Made by a program: the position numbers and the translations under genes | The notes under the pieces: model-generated | What the model saw: only the letters and a program-made list of their open reading frames with translations | The model's database searches: none | Told to the model about the DNA's origin: nothing | Part shown: positions 59,701 through 64,000 of the stretch, piece by piece | Position numbering within the stretch: the stretch's first letter is position 1 | Layout: each line of letters begins with the position of its first letter | Assembly: GCA_043228905.1 (NCBI GenBank) | Contig: JBHGNT010000017.1 | Span: 11,160,001-11,224,000, forward strand | Length of the DNA: 64,000 nt | Source: Azolla caroliniana | Taxonomy: Eukaryota > Plantae > Polypodiophyta | Reading direction: 5' to 3'

Positions 59701-62700
59701 TGGGAAAAGGACCGCAAGTAGATGAAATAGATCCACTAGATATACACAACGTGAAAACAGAAAACAACAAGATACAAGAATATGTACAATACTTGAAATA
59801 CATAGGTTTTACATGGAAACCCTAAAACAGGGAAAAAACCACGGGTTGGCTGACTCCGATTCATATGTATTGATCGGTTGGTTTCAGTCAACCAACTTAG
59901 ATTTAGTTGTGTCGACTGGTTGTCTTTGAACAACCGATTGTGTTGGTTCGACTAGTCTTAAATCAACGGTAGTGGGAGTCGATTTCGACTTCTGTTGCTT
60001 CTAGTACTCAATTGTCTTGTCTTCCAAGAAGACTATATCCCGACTCCTCACTACTTTCTTATCGACTAGGTCCCACAGCCTGTAGCCAAACTCATCCTTC
60101 GAGTACTCGAGAAATATGCATGGTTTCGACTTATTGTCGAGCTTCGACCTCTGATCTTTAGACACATGCATATACACCAGACATCTGAACACCCTTAGAT
60201 GTCGATAGGAGACATCCTCTCGTGTCTACACCCTTTGTGGGACATCACCTTTCAATGACACTGAAGGAGACCTATTGATCAGATAAACAATTGTATACAT
60301 CGCCTTAACCCAATACAATTTCAACAGCTTAACATGTGACAACATGCTCCTTAATCTCTCCATAATCGTTAAATTCAACTTCTTTGCAAGCCTGTTCAAC
60401 TCAGGGGTCTTCGGAACAGTATATTCGATTCGAATACCTTGGGCCTTGCAATATTCTTCAAATTGCCCTCTATATTCATCATCGTTGTCGGTTCGGATAG
60501 CCTTCACTTTCGGCCTGACTCTCTTTCAGCCCATGCCTAGAACTCCTTGAAGAACGACAATACTTGGTCCTTTGACTTTAGTATGAAAGCCCACAACTTT
60601 CGATGATAGTCATCTATGAACGTCACAAAGTACTATCCACCTCGATGTGATGGGGCATCTACATAGCACACATCGATGTGCACTAGGGCTAGTGCAACTT
60701 CTCTTCTCCTTGGTGGTCCCGTGTGGAATGCAACTCTATTATGCTTTTCGACTAAGCAATCGACACACTTCTCCAAGTGCACTCCTTTCACTTTTGGGAG
60801 AAGTTCTTGGTCGGCTAGGATATGCATTACCTTTTTGCTCATGTGGCCAAGCCTCTTATGCCATAAATAACCACTCGAGTCGGTTGCCACATTTGCTTCC
60901 GACTTGCACAATCGGGCATGCATCATATACAATGTGCCTTGCTTCTATGCTTGGGTCACTATGAGGTTTCCCCGACAAAACTTCCATTTGCCATTTTGAA
61001 TGCTACCACTGTAGCCTTCGTCGTCCATTCTTCCAGTTGATATAAGATTCAGCTTGATATCGGGCACGTGTTGGACATCCTTCAGAGTTAGCCGACAACC
61101 AGTCGACGTAGTCAGGCATACATTTGCGACGTTGACTATCTTGCATTTATCATTATCCCCCATCTTCACATAGCCATGATTCCTGGTTGTGTAAGTCGAG
61201 AAACACTCTCTCGACAGAGTTATATGGAAAGATGCACTGAAGTTGATCACCTAGGTGCACTCTTCACTTGCAAGATTTGCACTTGCCCGCTCACAACTGA
61301 ACACAATCTCCTCTTCACTTATAGCTATGGTTGATGTTCCTTTCTCCTCAGAAATCTTTCTGGGTTCGACATCCTTTGAGGCACCTTTGTCCTTCTTAAG
61401 GCGTCGAGAGTCCTTCTGGAAGTGTCCAGGCTTTCCATAGTAAAAGCATGTAAGCTTACCTCTAGACTTGGATCTAGCATGGGATTTGTCCCTCCTTTGT
61501 GGACTTCTCTGTCGGTTCCTTCCTCTATCCGAACGTTGTGCCACATTCGCATCTGCCTAGGACATACACCCTTGTCCTTTCTTCTTGTCTCTTCATTCAA
61601 GATGCTTGTCTTTACACTTGCAATGCCAAGTTTTCTTCTTGACACGAGGTGCTGAGAGTCACCACTAGGTTCACCAGGTTCTCCCAGCTATCCGGTAGGG
61701 TACACAATAGTAGTATGACCTGCATAACATCATCAAGGGGAAACTTAGCTACCAAAAGTTGGTTCACATACCCAATGAATGTGTTTATGTGCTCAACTAT
61801 ACTTTCTCCATCTCTGTATTTCAACCTTACTATCTTTCTCATCAAAGATGTTTTGTTGAGGGCATTCTTCCTCTCGTACAACCTTGACAACTTCTGCCAC
61901 ATCTCGTACGCATTTGTGTCGTTCGCCACATGCTGAAGGACACTGACATTACACATTGTCTGATGGTGGCCATTGCCTTCCTATTGAGGAGTTTCCATTC
62001 AGACTCTAATACCCCCGTGGGTATTTGCTCTCTGTCGATGGGCTCATATAGATCTTTGACGATGAGAAGATCCTCCATTTTGATGTTCTAGTTTAGTTGT
62101 GCGAGTTCAGGACCATCATTCCTGGGAAAAGGACTGCAAGTAGATGAGATAGATCGACTGGATATACCCAACATGAAAAATGAAAACAACAAGATACAAG
62201 AAAATGCACAATACTTGAAATACATAGGTTTTACGTTGTCGTGAAGATTTCGGCAACGATGTGAAAATCGCGTGGAATCGAGAAGGTATAATGTGCACAC
62301 GAATGAAAGGGGTGATGGTTACACTCATACGTTAGCATGTTGTAAATATAAATGTATTCAGAACACCTAAAGCCTATTTGCATTTTCAAACATATAAAGG
62401 GGTGCAAGTATTGAACCTTGCACCTCCAAGATAGAAGACAACTGACTTACAATTAGGCTAAGTTATTTCTTTAGATCATGATTATGTTTTTCACATGTGA
62501 ATGCTCATACATGAGAGCTTGGATGAGCTACATAGTCATCATGCATCACATGTGATGCATGAGCGCCAAATGGCAATCATGCATCGCATGCATTTCAAGC
62601 AATGTATGCAATCAATAATAATTAATAAATCTTAGTTATCTCATTGGCAATGTGTCTTGTTTCTCTAAATTGAAGTCAAGGGTTCAAATCCGGAATTGGA

Positions 62701-63330
62701 ATTTCGATTCGTCTATTTATCTATCTATCTTAAACACTTCCTCAATTTTCTTTTCTCTCTCTCACTCTCAACCACATTGGTGCGTCACTTCAGCCGCCTA
62801 CACATCAATCCACCACACCGTTGAGTCGGGTTTGGGTGCATCTTCGACAACAAAGGACGACTCGACGATAAGCACAATTCCTTGCAAGCACAACTCACCC
62901 GAATTGTCCCCCCCGGTCAAAGACCTCGGTGGTCCCGTTGGACCAACCCGTAGGCGTGGAAATCCCATCATCGATCCTCCATAACCTCTAGCGGATAGAG
63001 GCCCGGTGCTTGTCTATAATTATGGGCTATTCACAAATATATCTATAATTATTATTAGATAATAATAATAATACTCGTTAATCAGCCGACTAATTGACTA
63101 GTTGATTCGACTAGCCGACACCTATGTCGACTGTGTAGTCGACACGACTAGTCAGCCTTGTCATCGACCATCCGGTCAACCCGACTAGTCGGTCTTGTCC
63201 TCGACTTGGATCATCTACAATCGACTCTCCCTCAGTCGACCCTTCCTTGTCTTTGATTGTCGACTCTTCCTCAACCTGACTAGTCGGCTATTTCTTGTCT
63301 TCGACTGTCGACTCTTCTTAGCTTGATCAG
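59701..63330 (-). mobile_element. Deleted Tto1/Tork-like Ty1/copia (gag-PR-INT; RT/RH lost); 5' LTR split by E
   Basis: LTR-end repeat TGGGAAAAGGAC..CAAGTAGATG at 59701 and 62123. gag MEDLLIVKDLYEPI, LWHKRLGH, INT RTDNDDEY. Right boundary approximate. Confidence 0.8.
62237..62954 (+). mobile_element. Insertion E: ~718-bp solo-LTR-like relative of B and C, lacking the terminal CA
   Basis: Starts TGTCGTGA directly after ACGT. Absent from the other LTR copy (GGTTTTACATGGAAAC, ~59805). Its 3' motif GTCAAAGACCTCGGTGGTCCCG resembles C and B. Confidence 0.7.
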
Positions 63331-63468
63331 TCGGCTCGTCTCGTGTGTGGTTGTGGGCTTGGTGGTTTAATTAGTAGCTAAAAGTCATAAAATGAGAGAA
63401 CCCAAGTTTGATCCTTGCCATGGTCTGGGCCTTGTTGCATAGGTTTCAATTTGTCTTCTATGGAAGTT

Positions 63469-63510
<42 letters not shown>

Positions 63511-64000
63511 TGCCACAATTTTCATACGAGGTTTTGTAATAATCTAGCACTATAAAGATTGCAAAAGCATACTTCTCGTGTGCTTTGGCCATACAATGGC
63601 AAACACTCGCAAGGGAGCCACAAAGTTTGAGACTACGATTCATTATGGTTTAGATAAGAGGAATATCTATTAGTTTAGATACAACTAACGTAATTAGATG
63701 GGAGCTTTGTCACGTCTTCACCAAGGGTAATTAACTAAAATCTCATCCCCAACATGTAAGGACCTAATGATTGACACTATAAGATATACATTTACATCTC
63801 AACTCACATACTCGAGAATGTTACTTTTTTTTTAGTAACACTTTTATTACTAGTGGGAAACCTCAAAGTGAGGTGAAAACCCACAAAGAATAAAGAAAAA
63901 TATACAAGTGCCAATTAGACACTAAAGAGCTTAAAAACACTCAAAGTAAAGGTTGTAAATTTGGAGTGTGATGTCTCTAAGTTGCAGACAATCAAATAGA

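Noticed and set aside
63350-63420. Further A/B-box-like motif (possible SINE) before (CT)n
   Set aside because: Too degenerate, with no definable boundaries or TSD.

Overview
This is eukaryotic land-plant genomic DNA. I infer a seed-free plant such as a fern from the TE lineages present, but cannot prove it. About 1-44.5 kb is a nested retrotransposon stack: two degraded chromoviral Ty3/gypsy copies (H1, H2); two copies (A, D) of a non-chromoviral Ty3/gypsy family with a long extra ORF, both with clean 5-bp TSDs; three Ty1/copia remnants; an old Tcn1-like chromovirus; and an APE+RT LINE. At 45419-56580 is one host gene, a 22-exon SEC31 (COPII outer coat), which I could splice in frame by hand. 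Beyond it lie a hAT MITE, LINE fragments and a further copia. The most interesting signal is a family of LTRs starting TGTCGT: one very young gag-only element (B, 2790-6306) with an 18-nt tRNA-Trp PBS and a 4-bp ACGT TSD, plus two solo-LTR-like relatives (C, E). All three sit inside other retrotransposons. Their LTRs, and two other LTRs, carry tRNA-like Pol III A-box/B-box cassettes, mostly antisense near the U3 end. Coordinates were counted by hand and may be off by a few bp. No database searches were run.
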